NCBI GenBank assembly: GCA_963666215.2
Contig: CAXWPL010000001.1
Coordinates: 352,001 to 416,000 of the forward strand
From: Acidobacteriota bacterium
GTDB lineage: Bacteria > Acidobacteriota > UBA890 > WLXD01
Length of the DNA: 64,000 nucleotides
Direction of reading: 5' to 3'
Every line of letters starts with the position of its first letter. Position 1 is the stretch's first letter. A model generated the notes under the pieces. The model searched no databases, was not told the DNA's origin, and saw only the letters and a list, made by a program, of their open reading frames with translations. Below are positions 20,589 through 29,775 of this stretch, piece after piece. The position numbers and the translations under genes are program-made.

Positions 20589-21694
20589 GAGTGACGCGAA
20601 CCGCGTCTTCGAACCGAAGACACCACCTGCTGCTAACGCTCGCCGGATGGTTCGCGCTGTCTTGCGCCGAAGCCACCCCGCTAGTCCAGCCGGTCGACAC
20701 CGCCGCGCTCGGACCCTTCCTCGACGGCCTGCTGCTCGAGCACGACGTACCAGGCGCCGCCTTCGCGCTGTTCAACGACGAGGGTGTGCTCTACGAATAC
20801 GTCGGCGGCGTCAAGAACAACTCAACACGCGAGCCGGTCAAGGCGAGCACCGCGTTCGAGGCGGCGTCGATCAGCAAGCCGATGTTCGCGTACATCGTTT
20901 ATTCACTGATGCGCGACGGCACCGTGGACCTCGACGCATCTGTAAGCACGCTGGTTCCCGAGATTCCGGAGCTCGCCTACGACCCTCGCTCCGCAACCCT
21001 GACGCCACGGCTCCTTCTGACCCATCAAGGCGGACTGCCCAACTGGCGCAGCCGAATGGACTTCGCCGCCAAAAGCTACGACGAGCTCTTCGCACCCGAC
21101 GACACACTGAAGTTCATCGCCGAGCCAGGCACCGAGTACAACTACTCCGGCGAAGGTTATGTGCTTCTACAAAGGATGATCGAGACACACACCGGACTCG
21201 GCCTCAATGACCTGGCGAAAGACCGGGTCTTCGAGCCTCTGGGAATGACCGCCAGCAGTTTCTTTCTCGACACGGACGTCCGGGGCGACTACTCGCTCGG
21301 CCACAATGGTGAAGGCGCTCCCGACAAGTGGGAGGTTCACCTGCCGATCGCAAGCTCGACCTTGCATACAACCGCCTCCGACCTCGCATTGTTCGGCGCC
21401 CACCTCGCTTCGGAGATCCGCACCGCGGGCCCGTATTCGGCTCTCACAACTCCGGTTGTAACCGTCGGCACCGACGGCGACAGAACACTGAGCTGGGGAC
21501 TGGGCCTGGGCATCATGTCCGACGGCCCGCGCCGGTACGTCTACCACGGCGGCAACAACGTGATCTTCATTGCCGATCTGATGTACGGAATCGACGCAAA
21601 CGTCGGCTACGCCCTGCTGACCAACAGCTCCAACGGGCAGGCGATCGTCGAAGCCGTCGAGCGCCGCATCTTCGGCAGTCACGTGCGTCGGTAA
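20585..21694 (+). CDS. beta-lactamase-related serine hydrolase (lipoprotein)
   Basis: Lipobox-like ALSC. SxxK motif in FEAASISKP, plus LLTHQGGLP, YNYSGEGY and YHGG. Confidence 0.9.
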   Translation: MRVTRTASSNRRHHLLLTLAGWFALSCAEATPLVQPVDTAALGPFLDGLLLEHDVPGAAFALFNDEGVLYEYVGGVKNNSTREPVKASTAFEAASISKPMFAYIVYSLMRDGTVDLDASVSTLVPEIPELAYDPRSATLTPRLLLTHQGGLPNWRSRMDFAAKSYDELFAPDDTLKFIAEPGTEYNYSGEGYVLLQRMIETHTGLGLNDLAKDRVFEPLGMTASSFFLDTDVRGDYSLGHNGEGAPDKWEVHLPIASSTLHTTASDLALFGAHLASEIRTAGPYSALTTPVVTVGTDGDRTLSWGLGLGIMSDGPRRYVYHGGNNVIFIADLMYGIDANVGYALLTNSSNGQAIVEAVERRIFGSHVRR

Positions 21695-21837
21695 CGACCT
21701 CGGGGCGTTGGGACCTGGTGCCGACGACTACGGCAAGGCGAAAGAGTTGGCGATCGCAGAGAGTTGGCGCGCCCGACGACCAACTGCTGTTGCTCGGCCC
21801 GCCTGGGTTTTGTTTCCGCTAACGCGCGAGGCTGTGG

Positions 21838-22914
21838 ATGAACCGTCGAACCCTCATCGGAGCCGCCACGGCGGCGGTCGCCGCTCCGTGGAACGTGGCG
21901 CATGCGCCCGCCGGCCGGCCGCGCCCGCAGGCCCCTCACTCGTTTCTCGATGCGATGGGAGAGATCCGCACCACCCATACCCGTGAGGTTCTCCGGGCGG
22001 TGATCGACAGCGGCACACGATCGGTGACGGTGACGCTCACGGATCCCAAAATCTTCGGTGAGGCCGCGCTCGACGCCGCGCTGAAAGACCTGTCGGCATA
22101 CGACCGCCATATCGAAACGACGGCCGATCTGCTGCTCAAGGCGACCTCGGTTGCCGATATCGCCCGTGCCGAACGCGACAACAAGATCGCGCTGTTCTAC
22201 CTGTTGCAGAACACCACGCCGATCCACAAGGACTTCGATCGGATCGACCTGCTGTACAACCTGGGACTGCGGTCGCTGCAGTTGACCTACAACTACCAGA
22301 ACTACGTCGGCGCAGGCTGCCGAGAGCCTGGCGATCACGGCCTGACCCTGTTCGGGCACGAGGTCGTCGAACGGATGAACGAAATCGGCATGCTCATCGA
22401 CACTTCGCACGCCAACATGGCAACCATGGCCGATGCGATCCGGACCTCGCGGCAGCCGACGATCATCTCCCATACGGCCTGCCAGGCAGTTCACCAGCAC
22501 GTCCGCAACACCACCGACGAAAACCTGCGCCTGTTCGCCGAGCACGGCGGCCTGGTGGGCATGTGCCAGATCCGACCGTTTCTCACCGACGACCGCTCGG
22601 ACGACAACGTGCGCTTCTACTTCGACCACATCGCCCACGCGCTCAACGTCGCCGGCACCGACCACGTCTGCATCGGCAGCGATCGCGACCACCGCGTCAT
22701 TATCGACGACCCGGAAGAGGTGGCGCTCTTGCTCGAGGAGGAGGGTGCCCAGTTCAACCCGGCCGACTGGCCGCTGTACATGCCGGCGATGAACGGTCCT
22801 CGACGTATGGAAGTCGTCTACGACGGGCTACGCGGCCGTGGCTACGGCTCCGACACGCTCGAGACGGTGATGCACGGCAACCTCAGACGGCTCTACACCG
22901 AAGTCATCGGCTAG
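21838..22914 (+). CDS. Tat-exported membrane dipeptidase (M19) family protein
   Basis: Signal MNRRTLIGAA. Motifs GLRSLQLTYN, MLIDTSHA, IISHT, RNTTDE, HVCIGSD. Confidence 0.85.
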   Translation: MNRRTLIGAATAAVAAPWNVAHAPAGRPRPQAPHSFLDAMGEIRTTHTREVLRAVIDSGTRSVTVTLTDPKIFGEAALDAALKDLSAYDRHIETTADLLLKATSVADIARAERDNKIALFYLLQNTTPIHKDFDRIDLLYNLGLRSLQLTYNYQNYVGAGCREPGDHGLTLFGHEVVERMNEIGMLIDTSHANMATMADAIRTSRQPTIISHTACQAVHQHVRNTTDENLRLFAEHGGLVGMCQIRPFLTDDRSDDNVRFYFDHIAHALNVAGTDHVCIGSDRDHRVIIDDPEEVALLLEEEGAQFNPADWPLYMPAMNGPRRMEVVYDGLRGRGYGSDTLETVMHGNLRRLYTEVIG

Positions 22915-22992
22915 CCGTCGCGGCGACAGAGCCGTCACGCGCGACCGGTTCGAGAGGGGCGCCCAGCAGATACCGGAGCCCAGGGACTACCC

Positions 22993-23036
22993 TTCGATAG
23001 GTATTGTTTTATAACTATAAACTGATTACTATCGAA
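22993..23036. promoter_or_regulatory. AT-rich imperfect palindrome, candidate PadR operator/promoter
   Basis: TTCGATAG...TTTATAACTATAAA...CTATCGAA, 40 bp upstream of the second padR. Confidence 0.55.
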
Positions 23037-23075
23037 AAACGTCTCATCACAAAACCAACGCGCGTCGGAGCCGTC

Positions 23076-23429
23076 ATGAACGATCACCGCACCGCCATCC
23101 AGGCCCACGTTCCGATGAAACCCGTGTGGCACCAGATTTTGCTCTCGATTGCCACTGGCGACTCGCACGGCTATGCGATTCGCGAGTCGGTGGAGACACG
23201 CACGGAGGGCGCCATGCGGCTGTGGCCGGCCACACTTTACGGAACGCTGCAGCGCATGACCGAAGCGGGGCTGCTGGATGAACAGCCGGCCGCTGACGAC
23301 CCGCGTAACAAGCGACTGTTCTCATTGACCGACGCCGGACGCGCCGTGCTCGAGGCGGAGACCCGTCGACTCGAGGCTCTGATCGACCTGACCCGTACGC
23401 GATCGGTGCTTGCGGGAGGCGACCGGTGA
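23076..23429 (+). CDS. PadR-family transcriptional regulator
   Basis: GGAG RBS. Motifs ILLSIATGDSHGYAI, LWPATLYGTLQRM, RLFSLTDAGR. Stop overlaps the ADOP start. Confidence 0.9.
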   Translation: MNDHRTAIQAHVPMKPVWHQILLSIATGDSHGYAIRESVETRTEGAMRLWPATLYGTLQRMTEAGLLDEQPAADDPRNKRLFSLTDAGRAVLEAETRRLEALIDLTRTRSVLAGGDR

Positions 23430-26218
23430 TGAGGTCTGGCGTTGGGACCGATACCGGAAACGGACCCGGGAGCACCGCCTCCGGCCCCCGGCGAGCCCTG
23501 AGTGTGCGGCTTGCGGCCCGGCTGTTCGAGCTTGCGCTCCCGCTGCTGCCGCGAGGTTCGCGGCGCTTGCTGGCTGATGACCTCACCGACATGTTCGAGC
23601 ACCTGGCAACCCGTGCGCACCGCAGCGGCGGCACGCTGGCGGTCGCCGGAGTGTGGTGGCACAGCGTGATCGATCTTCTCCGACAGGCCCGCCGCGAGAG
23701 ACGAGAACCACCCGTTCCTTTGCCACCTCGCAACCGAGCTCCCCTTCAAAGGAACCGCACCAGCGCCATGAAATCGCTCGGGACCGACCTACGCCACGCC
23801 GCGCTCGGCCTGCGGAAGAGCCCGGCCTACACGGCCGTGGTTTTAGCCACCCTCGCTCTCGGCATTGGCGCCGTCACCGCCATCTTCAGCCTGGTGAACG
23901 CGGTGCTGATTGCGCCACTCAGCTATGTCGACGCCGATCGGATCGTCGTGTTCTGGGGAGCGGAGAACGGAATCCAGGAATCCCACGGCACGCTGGCCTA
24001 TTTGAACTTCATCGACGTCCGTGCGGCGTCCCGGTCGTTCGAAGTTGCCTCGGCGTACGACGAGTGGCGCGCCAATTTGACTGGCTCCGGCGAGCCGCAA
24101 CGCATCGACGGCGCTCAGGTCAACGTGCAGTACTTCGACGTCTTCGGCGTGCGGCCGGTGGCCGGCCGGTTCTTTGCCGCCGACGAAGACCGCGACGGCA
24201 ACGACCGCGTGGTGGTGCTCAGCCATGGCTTCTGGACGCGCAAATTCGGCCGCGACCCAGGCATCGTCGGCAACACCATCGACCTGGACGGTCGAGCGCA
24301 CGTCGTGGTCGGGGTGGCACCAGCGAACTTCGAGGACCCGCGGCTCGGAGCCTGGGCCTGGACCAGCCCTGAGCTGTGGCGACCGCTCGGCTACGAAGGC
24401 GTACCTCTGGAAGACCAACCCAGCCGCGGGTCCGACTCCTTTATCGCCGTTGGAAAACTGCGCGACGGCGTCTCTCGCGAGGCTGCCGCGGCCGAGGTTG
24501 ACGCGCTCATGGCCGCGCTCGTGGCCGAGTACCCCGACGAGAACAGCCCCGGCGAAGGGATGGCCCTTGTGCCGCTGCGCGAAACCATGGTTCGCGAGGC
24601 ACGTCCGTCGTTACTCGTGCTCTTCGCCGCGGTCGGCTTGCTGCTCGCGGTGGCGGCCGTCAACGTAGCCAGCCTGATGATGTCGAGGGCGGCCGACCGC
24701 AGCCGCGAAACTGCTGTTCGACTTGCGCTCGGGGCGAGTCGCGCGCGGTTGTTGCAGCTGCATCTGGCCGAGGGGTTGTTGCTCTCGGCGGCCGGCGGCG
24801 CGTTGGGCGTGATGTCGGCACACGCGCTGCTCGCCATCTTCATGCGGATCGGCGGCCACGCCCTTCCGCGAGCAGGCGGGGTGGGCGTCGATGCGACGGT
24901 GCTGGCGTTCACCGGGGCAGTGAGCATCCTTGCGGGCATGGTCTGCGGCATCGCGCCGCTCGGACGCGCGCTGCGTACCGATCCGCAGGTGGCACTCCGA
25001 GGCGGGGTCAGCGCCGATGCCGACCGCGACTCGCTCGCCAGGCGCGGCCTGGTTGTTGGCGAGGTCGCCATCGCCGTGATCTTGCTGGTGGGCGCCGGGC
25101 TGCTGTTACGCAGCTTCGCCGCACTGAGCGCCGTCGATCTCGGTATGAACCCCGACGACATCCTGGTGTTCGATGTGTCGCTGCCGTTCGCTTCGTATTC
25201 GGAAGTGGCGCAGCACGACACCTTCTTTACCGAGGTGCTCGGCCGCCTCGAGCATACCCCCGGGGTGCTCGCCGCCGGCACAACGCACGTCCTGCCGCTT
25301 TCGGACAACTTCGACAGCATGGGGGCGTACGATGCCGCCAAGCCGGAACCGAAGGACGGCGAGGAAGGCGATTTCAGCCCGCAGTCACGAACGGTGATGC
25401 CCGGCTATCTTGACGCCATGGGAATGAAGATCGTGTCGGGTCGCTGGCTCGCAGAAACCGACACCGCCGAGACGGAGTTCGTGGTTGTTCTCAACAAGCG
25501 CTTTGCCGACATGCTCTGGCCCGGCGAAGATCCGCTCGGCCGCCAGATCCGCACCTGGCGCGAGGAGCCCCTACGAGTGGTGGGCGTGGTGGCCAACATC
25601 AAGCACCTCAATGTTCCCGAGGATCCTGGGCCAGCCATGTATGTGGCGCTGCCGCAGGGGATCATGCCCTGGCACGGCCGTCGAGCCAACGTAGTCGTCC
25701 GCACGGCTGGTGATCCGCTGGCCGTGGTGGAGGCTGCGCGCGAGTCGGTGCACGCGGTCGATCCAAACCTGCCGGTGGCCGACTTCCGCACCATGAGCTC
25801 GGTGCTGTCCAACAACCTGCAGGCACCGCGGTTCCGCGCTGTGCTCATCGGTTCGTTCGCCGCCACCGCCCTGCTTCTGGCCGCCCTCGGTGTGTACGGC
25901 GTGGTTGCGTTTCACGTGGCGCGCCAGCTGCGCAACGTAGCCATCCGTATCGCTCTCGGCGCCAACGCCGGTCGCGTGATGGGCCACGTACTGCTTGCGG
26001 GCCTGGCGCCGGTGCTGCTCGGCACGGTTGTCGGCCTCGCTGGCGCGTTCGTCGCGAGTCGCGCGATCGAGAGCTTTCTGTTCAACACCGCTCCGGTCGA
26101 TCCGGCCACGTTCGTGCTCGTGCCCGCGATTCTGCTCGCCACAGCAACGGTCGCCTGCTGGCTTCCCGCACGCCGCGCCACTCGCGTCGATCCGATGAGC
26201 ACGCTGCTCGACGATTGA
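23426..26218 (+). CDS. ADOP-type duplicated ABC permease (intact)
   Basis: DLRHAALGLRKSP...GIGAVTAIFSLVN, RETAVRLALGASR, AIRIALGA, LPARRATRVDPM. No cognate ATPase nearby. Confidence 0.92.
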   Translation: MMRSGVGTDTGNGPGSTASGPRRALSVRLAARLFELALPLLPRGSRRLLADDLTDMFEHLATRAHRSGGTLAVAGVWWHSVIDLLRQARRERREPPVPLPPRNRAPLQRNRTSAMKSLGTDLRHAALGLRKSPAYTAVVLATLALGIGAVTAIFSLVNAVLIAPLSYVDADRIVVFWGAENGIQESHGTLAYLNFIDVRAASRSFEVASAYDEWRANLTGSGEPQRIDGAQVNVQYFDVFGVRPVAGRFFAADEDRDGNDRVVVLSHGFWTRKFGRDPGIVGNTIDLDGRAHVVVGVAPANFEDPRLGAWAWTSPELWRPLGYEGVPLEDQPSRGSDSFIAVGKLRDGVSREAAAAEVDALMAALVAEYPDENSPGEGMALVPLRETMVREARPSLLVLFAAVGLLLAVAAVNVASLMMSRAADRSRETAVRLALGASRARLLQLHLAEGLLLSAAGGALGVMSAHALLAIFMRIGGHALPRAGGVGVDATVLAFTGAVSILAGMVCGIAPLGRALRTDPQVALRGGVSADADRDSLARRGLVVGEVAIAVILLVGAGLLLRSFAALSAVDLGMNPDDILVFDVSLPFASYSEVAQHDTFFTEVLGRLEHTPGVLAAGTTHVLPLSDNFDSMGAYDAAKPEPKDGEEGDFSPQSRTVMPGYLDAMGMKIVSGRWLAETDTAETEFVVVLNKRFADMLWPGEDPLGRQIRTWREEPLRVVGVVANIKHLNVPEDPGPAMYVALPQGIMPWHGRRANVVVRTAGDPLAVVEAARESVHAVDPNLPVADFRTMSSVLSNNLQAPRFRAVLIGSFAATALLLAALGVYGVVAFHVARQLRNVAIRIALGANAGRVMGHVLLAGLAPVLLGTVVGLAGAFVASRAIESFLFNTAPVDPATFVLVPAILLATATVACWLPARRATRVDPMSTLLDD

Positions 26219-26258
26219 TCGGCGAGGGTTTCGGCGCGGCTATCCACAGGGAAGGGCC

Positions 26259-26792
26259 ATGATGTCTCGACTTCCGATCGTAGGAGTCATGGGCTCGGGG
26301 GTGGTCGAGCACACTCGCCGTGCGGCGTGTCTTGGTCGATGGCTCGCCGAGCAGGGCGTTCATCTCCTGACCGGAGGCGGCGGGGGCGTGATGGCTGCCG
26401 TGAGCAAGGCGTTTTACGAGGTCCCCGATCGTCGTGGTCTGGTTCTGGCGGTCCTTCCGTCCGCAGAAACCTCCGGTGTTCCGAAGGCGGGATACCCGAA
26501 CGAATGGGTCGAGATCCCAATACTCACGCATCTGCCGCTCAGTGGTGAGAGCGGCACACAGCCGCTTTCACGAAACCACATCAACGTGTTGACGTCAGAC
26601 GTCATCGTGGCGCTTCCGGGCAGTGCCGGCACCGCCAGCGAGGTGATGCTGGCACTGAGCTATCGACGCCCGATTGTGGGCTTCCTGAACTCAGCGGAGG
26701 AAATTCCCGGACTACCCCGTCAGGTGCCCGTTCATTCAGACTTCGCGAAGGTTCGGAGGTTCGTCAAGGACGGTATCGGGATGTCGAGCTGA
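26259..26792 (+). CDS. LOG-like / molybdenum cofactor carrier-like Rossmann-fold protein
   Basis: IVGVMGSG, LLTGGGGGVM.AVS, SRNHINVLTSD, LPGSAGTASE. Confidence 0.85.
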   Translation: MMSRLPIVGVMGSGVVEHTRRAACLGRWLAEQGVHLLTGGGGGVMAAVSKAFYEVPDRRGLVLAVLPSAETSGVPKAGYPNEWVEIPILTHLPLSGESGTQPLSRNHINVLTSDVIVALPGSAGTASEVMLALSYRRPIVGFLNSAEEIPGLPRQVPVHSDFAKVRRFVKDGIGMSS

Positions 26793-26838
26793 CCGAAGAG
26801 TGCCTGGCGTTCACGCAGGCGCATCGGTAGAGAGACCG

Positions 26839-28473
26839 ATGACGAGACAGGCCGCAGACAGATCAGCGCCCGTACTGGGCCTCTCCGAGCGTGGGTGGCG
26901 ACGCCTACTGGATCCCGGAACACCCTTCCTGACGGCCGGCCTGTGCGGATTCCAGATTCGCAGGCGAAAGGGCTACGGGAGCCTCGGATTCGCTGGGCTT
27001 GTCACCGCCCAGATCGTGCTTGCCGTTGCCTTGATCGGCAACGTCTTGGCCCTAGCGGCGTGCACCCCAGAGCCAACGGGCGGCGCTCAGGCGACCCTCG
27101 AGCTGCGGGCGGCTGTTTTTCCGACAGAGAATGGCGAGCCCCTCCCGGCTGAGCTCGGACGGCTACAGGTTCCTGAGCGCCACGAACGGCCCGACGGCCC
27201 GCAGATCGAGGTGGCGGTCGCACGGATCCGGACCACGTCCGCCAGTCCAGGGCTACCGATTCTGTACCTGGAGGGCGGACCCGGCGGAGCGGGTATCCAC
27301 CCCGAACGGGCAGCTCTCTTTCGCGAGCTGAGAAAACACGCAGATGTCATCACCTTCGATCTGCGCGGAAGCGGGGCTTCCTCCCCCGCCCTCGATTGTC
27401 CGCAGGAGAGTGTGCTCGCTCCCCATCTCGAACCCGATCGACGGAGTCTCCTCGAGCTGCATGTGGCGGCGGCGACGCGGTGCCGCGCGCAGCTCGAGGC
27501 CCAGGGAATCGATCTGGCCGCGTACAACGCCAGCCAGGCGGTGCAGGACGTCGATGCGATTCGCCGCGCCTTCGGCGTCGAGAGAATGCAGCTGGTCGGC
27601 ATCAGCTTCGGGTCGCATCTGGCGCTCGCAACTCTGAAGAGGTTTTCCGAGAGAATCGATCGTCTCGTCCTGGCGTTGCCGGAAGGTCCGGATCAGAGCG
27701 TGAAGCTTCCAGAACAGCTTGATGCACATCTGGCGAGGATGAGCTCCCTGATCGCGGCGGATCCGGTTGCCGGGCCGTACCTTCCCGATCTCGAATCCAC
27801 CGTTCGCCGGGCACTCGAGCGCCTCGAGCGCGAGCCGCTGGAAGTGCCGCAAGAAGACGGGTCCACGATGCGGTTCACACCTTTTCTCTTTCGCCAGCTC
27901 GTAGCTGGATCGATCGTGCGCCGGCAGTTCCTCCGCTTTGCTCCTGAGGAGTACTCGGGGTTGGGCAACGATGACTTCAGCGCCTTGACGCCGTTCATCG
28001 AGAGCTCGCATCGCGCCCGAGCCTCGGGAATCCGGCTGTCGATGGACTGTGCCTCCGGTGTCTCTGCGGGGCGCTGGCAGCGCGTGCTCGAAGAGCGAGG
28101 GCACACCACGCTCGCCGGCGTCACGGACTTCCCGTACCCCGAAGTCTGTGACGCATGGAGCGTCGAAGACTTGGGACAGGGATTTCGCGCCGACCCGGAG
28201 TCCAGCCACCCCGTGCAGTTCATCGTCGGGACACTCGACGGGTTGACTCCAGAGACCAACGCGGCCGAGCTCTCTCGAGGTCTGCCGCACAGCGGCACCA
28301 TCACGGTCGAGCTCATGGGCCACGAGGGACCTGGCATCTGGCTGGACGCCGGCGAAGTCATGTCGCTCGTCGGAGCTTTTGTTGCCGGAGGACCACCGGT
28401 CACAAAGACCGTGTCCGCCCCATCGATCGACTGGGTGCTACCTGGCCAGAAGATTCCGATGGCGACGGAATGA
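26839..28473 (+). CDS. alpha/beta hydrolase, TAP/S33 peptidase-like (probable lipoprotein; start uncertain)
   Basis: LEGGPGG, FDLRGSGAS.P.L.C, nucleophile elbow GISFG, GTLDGLTP, MGHE, lipobox-like LAAC. Confidence 0.85.
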   Translation: MTRQAADRSAPVLGLSERGWRRLLDPGTPFLTAGLCGFQIRRRKGYGSLGFAGLVTAQIVLAVALIGNVLALAACTPEPTGGAQATLELRAAVFPTENGEPLPAELGRLQVPERHERPDGPQIEVAVARIRTTSASPGLPILYLEGGPGGAGIHPERAALFRELRKHADVITFDLRGSGASSPALDCPQESVLAPHLEPDRRSLLELHVAAATRCRAQLEAQGIDLAAYNASQAVQDVDAIRRAFGVERMQLVGISFGSHLALATLKRFSERIDRLVLALPEGPDQSVKLPEQLDAHLARMSSLIAADPVAGPYLPDLESTVRRALERLEREPLEVPQEDGSTMRFTPFLFRQLVAGSIVRRQFLRFAPEEYSGLGNDDFSALTPFIESSHRARASGIRLSMDCASGVSAGRWQRVLEERGHTTLAGVTDFPYPEVCDAWSVEDLGQGFRADPESSHPVQFIVGTLDGLTPETNAAELSRGLPHSGTITVELMGHEGPGIWLDAGEVMSLVGAFVAGGPPVTKTVSAPSIDWVLPGQKIPMATE

Positions 28474-28543
28474 TGGTTCGACCGTTGGTCTTCGTGTTCT
28501 GACCTCGGGCCGTTCCGTTCTTCAGGTGCCTCCTGGACGATCG

Positions 28544-29041
28544 TCAGTAGCGCTGCGCCGTCGCCAGACCCGCCAGCGACATCGCGCGGCCGGGAGTGCG
28601 CGCCAGGGCCGCGCGGTAGGCCTCGGCGGCCTCTTTGTTGCGCCCCGCCGCGAGCTGCAACTCCGCGAGCAATTCTTTCGACGGCTTATCGACGTACGGC
28701 GGGCCGAACATGAAGGGCATCTGCGCCTCGAGTGCCGCCGTGACTCCCTGACCGGTGATCCTGACGTCCGCATGAAGCTCACTCCCTTGGTTGCAGGGGC
28801 AGGCCGCGACGTCGGGGAGAAATTCTCGCCGTGGACTATTACAAGGATATCTATAGCAAATAATAGAATAGACAACAAACGAACTGAACGCCCTCACCTC
28901 GATGTCGGAGACGTACAGGACCGAATTGATGTCACCCGTGAGCACGCCGTGCGCCTCCTCGCCTTGGTCCTGGACGGCGTGATGCGGAGTGAACCCGCCG
29001 AAAGCGGCGAGGAAGGCCGGGAGAGCGAGTATTCTTCTCAC
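28544..29041 (-). pseudogene. composite remnant ORF: signal peptide + VOC-like start, AT-rich patch, TPR-protein C-terminus
   Basis: INSVLYVSDIE resembles a VOC N-terminus. FGPPYVDKPSKELLAELQLAAGRNKEAAEAYRAAL..PGR..SLAGL resembles a TPR tail. Confidence 0.45.
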
Positions 29042-29130
29042 TACTCATCGCTTGCGGGGATGAGATCATCGAGCCTGATCGTGGGATCCTACCGCCGCGA
29101 GCCAGGTGGCTCCTCGGGAGATCAAGGACC

Positions 29131-29568
29131 ATGACGTTGAAACACGCGATCTTCGATTCCGGCAAGGACGGGACCTGGCGAGACCTGGGGTTGCTGTTCG
29201 CCCGCGTCAGCTTCTCGGTCACTGTGATCTGGCGTCACGGACTCGAAAAGCTTCCGGAGTTCGCCGCCAACCCGATCGAGTTCTTCGATCCCATTGGTTT
29301 GGGCCCGACGCTGAGCCTGATCCTGGCGACCTTTGCCGAGCTCGTCTGTGCTTTGGCGCTGGCGGTGGGCATCGCCAGTCGTCCCGCCAGCGCTCTGCTC
29401 GCCATCAATTTCGCGGTGATCGTCGTGGCCCTGCACGGGGGCCAGGTCCCGGGCGACCGCGGCGAGCTGGCGTTCCTCTTCCTCCTCGCCTTCGTAACGC
29501 TGTGGCTCACCGGCCCCGGACGCTACTCGCTCGACCACCGGCTGGGACGCAACGACCGCCGTCGCTGA
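29131..29568 (+). CDS. DoxX family membrane protein
   Basis: AAGGA RBS. DLGLLFARV, HGLEKL, FFDPIGLG, AELVCALAL.VG..SRPA, ELAFLFL, GPGRYSLD. Confidence 0.92.
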   Translation: MTLKHAIFDSGKDGTWRDLGLLFARVSFSVTVIWRHGLEKLPEFAANPIEFFDPIGLGPTLSLILATFAELVCALALAVGIASRPASALLAINFAVIVVALHGGQVPGDRGELAFLFLLAFVTLWLTGPGRYSLDHRLGRNDRRR

Positions 29569-29569
29569 C

Positions 29570-29687
29570 GTCTACCGACGAGCGTTCAGTCTACGTCGTG
29601 TACCTCGGCGTCGACCCGAGCTACGACGCACTGCGCGGTACTCGCGAGTTCGACGCGTTGCTGGCGCGCTTGGGACTGCAGCTATAG
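29570..29687 (+). pseudogene. orphan C-terminal remnant of a TPR-containing kinase/regulator
   Basis: DERSVYVVYLGVDPSYDALRGTREFDALLARLGL* resembles the L.VDP..D.LR....F..LL.R.GL tail of such proteins. No start codon. Confidence 0.55.
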
Positions 29688-29775
29688 AAACTCGCCTCGG
29701 CGGGCGCCCGTCCTCTCATCTCGCGCTGAGGCTGGAGTCCCGAGCGGCTCTGTCCTGTGTGGCTTCAGATGGCCG

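Noticed and set aside
20585-21694. Antibiotic-resistance beta-lactamase
   Set aside because: The SxxK/YxG pattern fits generic serine hydrolases, and there is no resistance context.
21697-21830. Coding-like stretch (DLGALGPGADDYGKAKELAIAESW) between the serine hydrolase and the dipeptidase
   Set aside because: Too short, with no start signal or family match. Possibly another remnant but unsupported.
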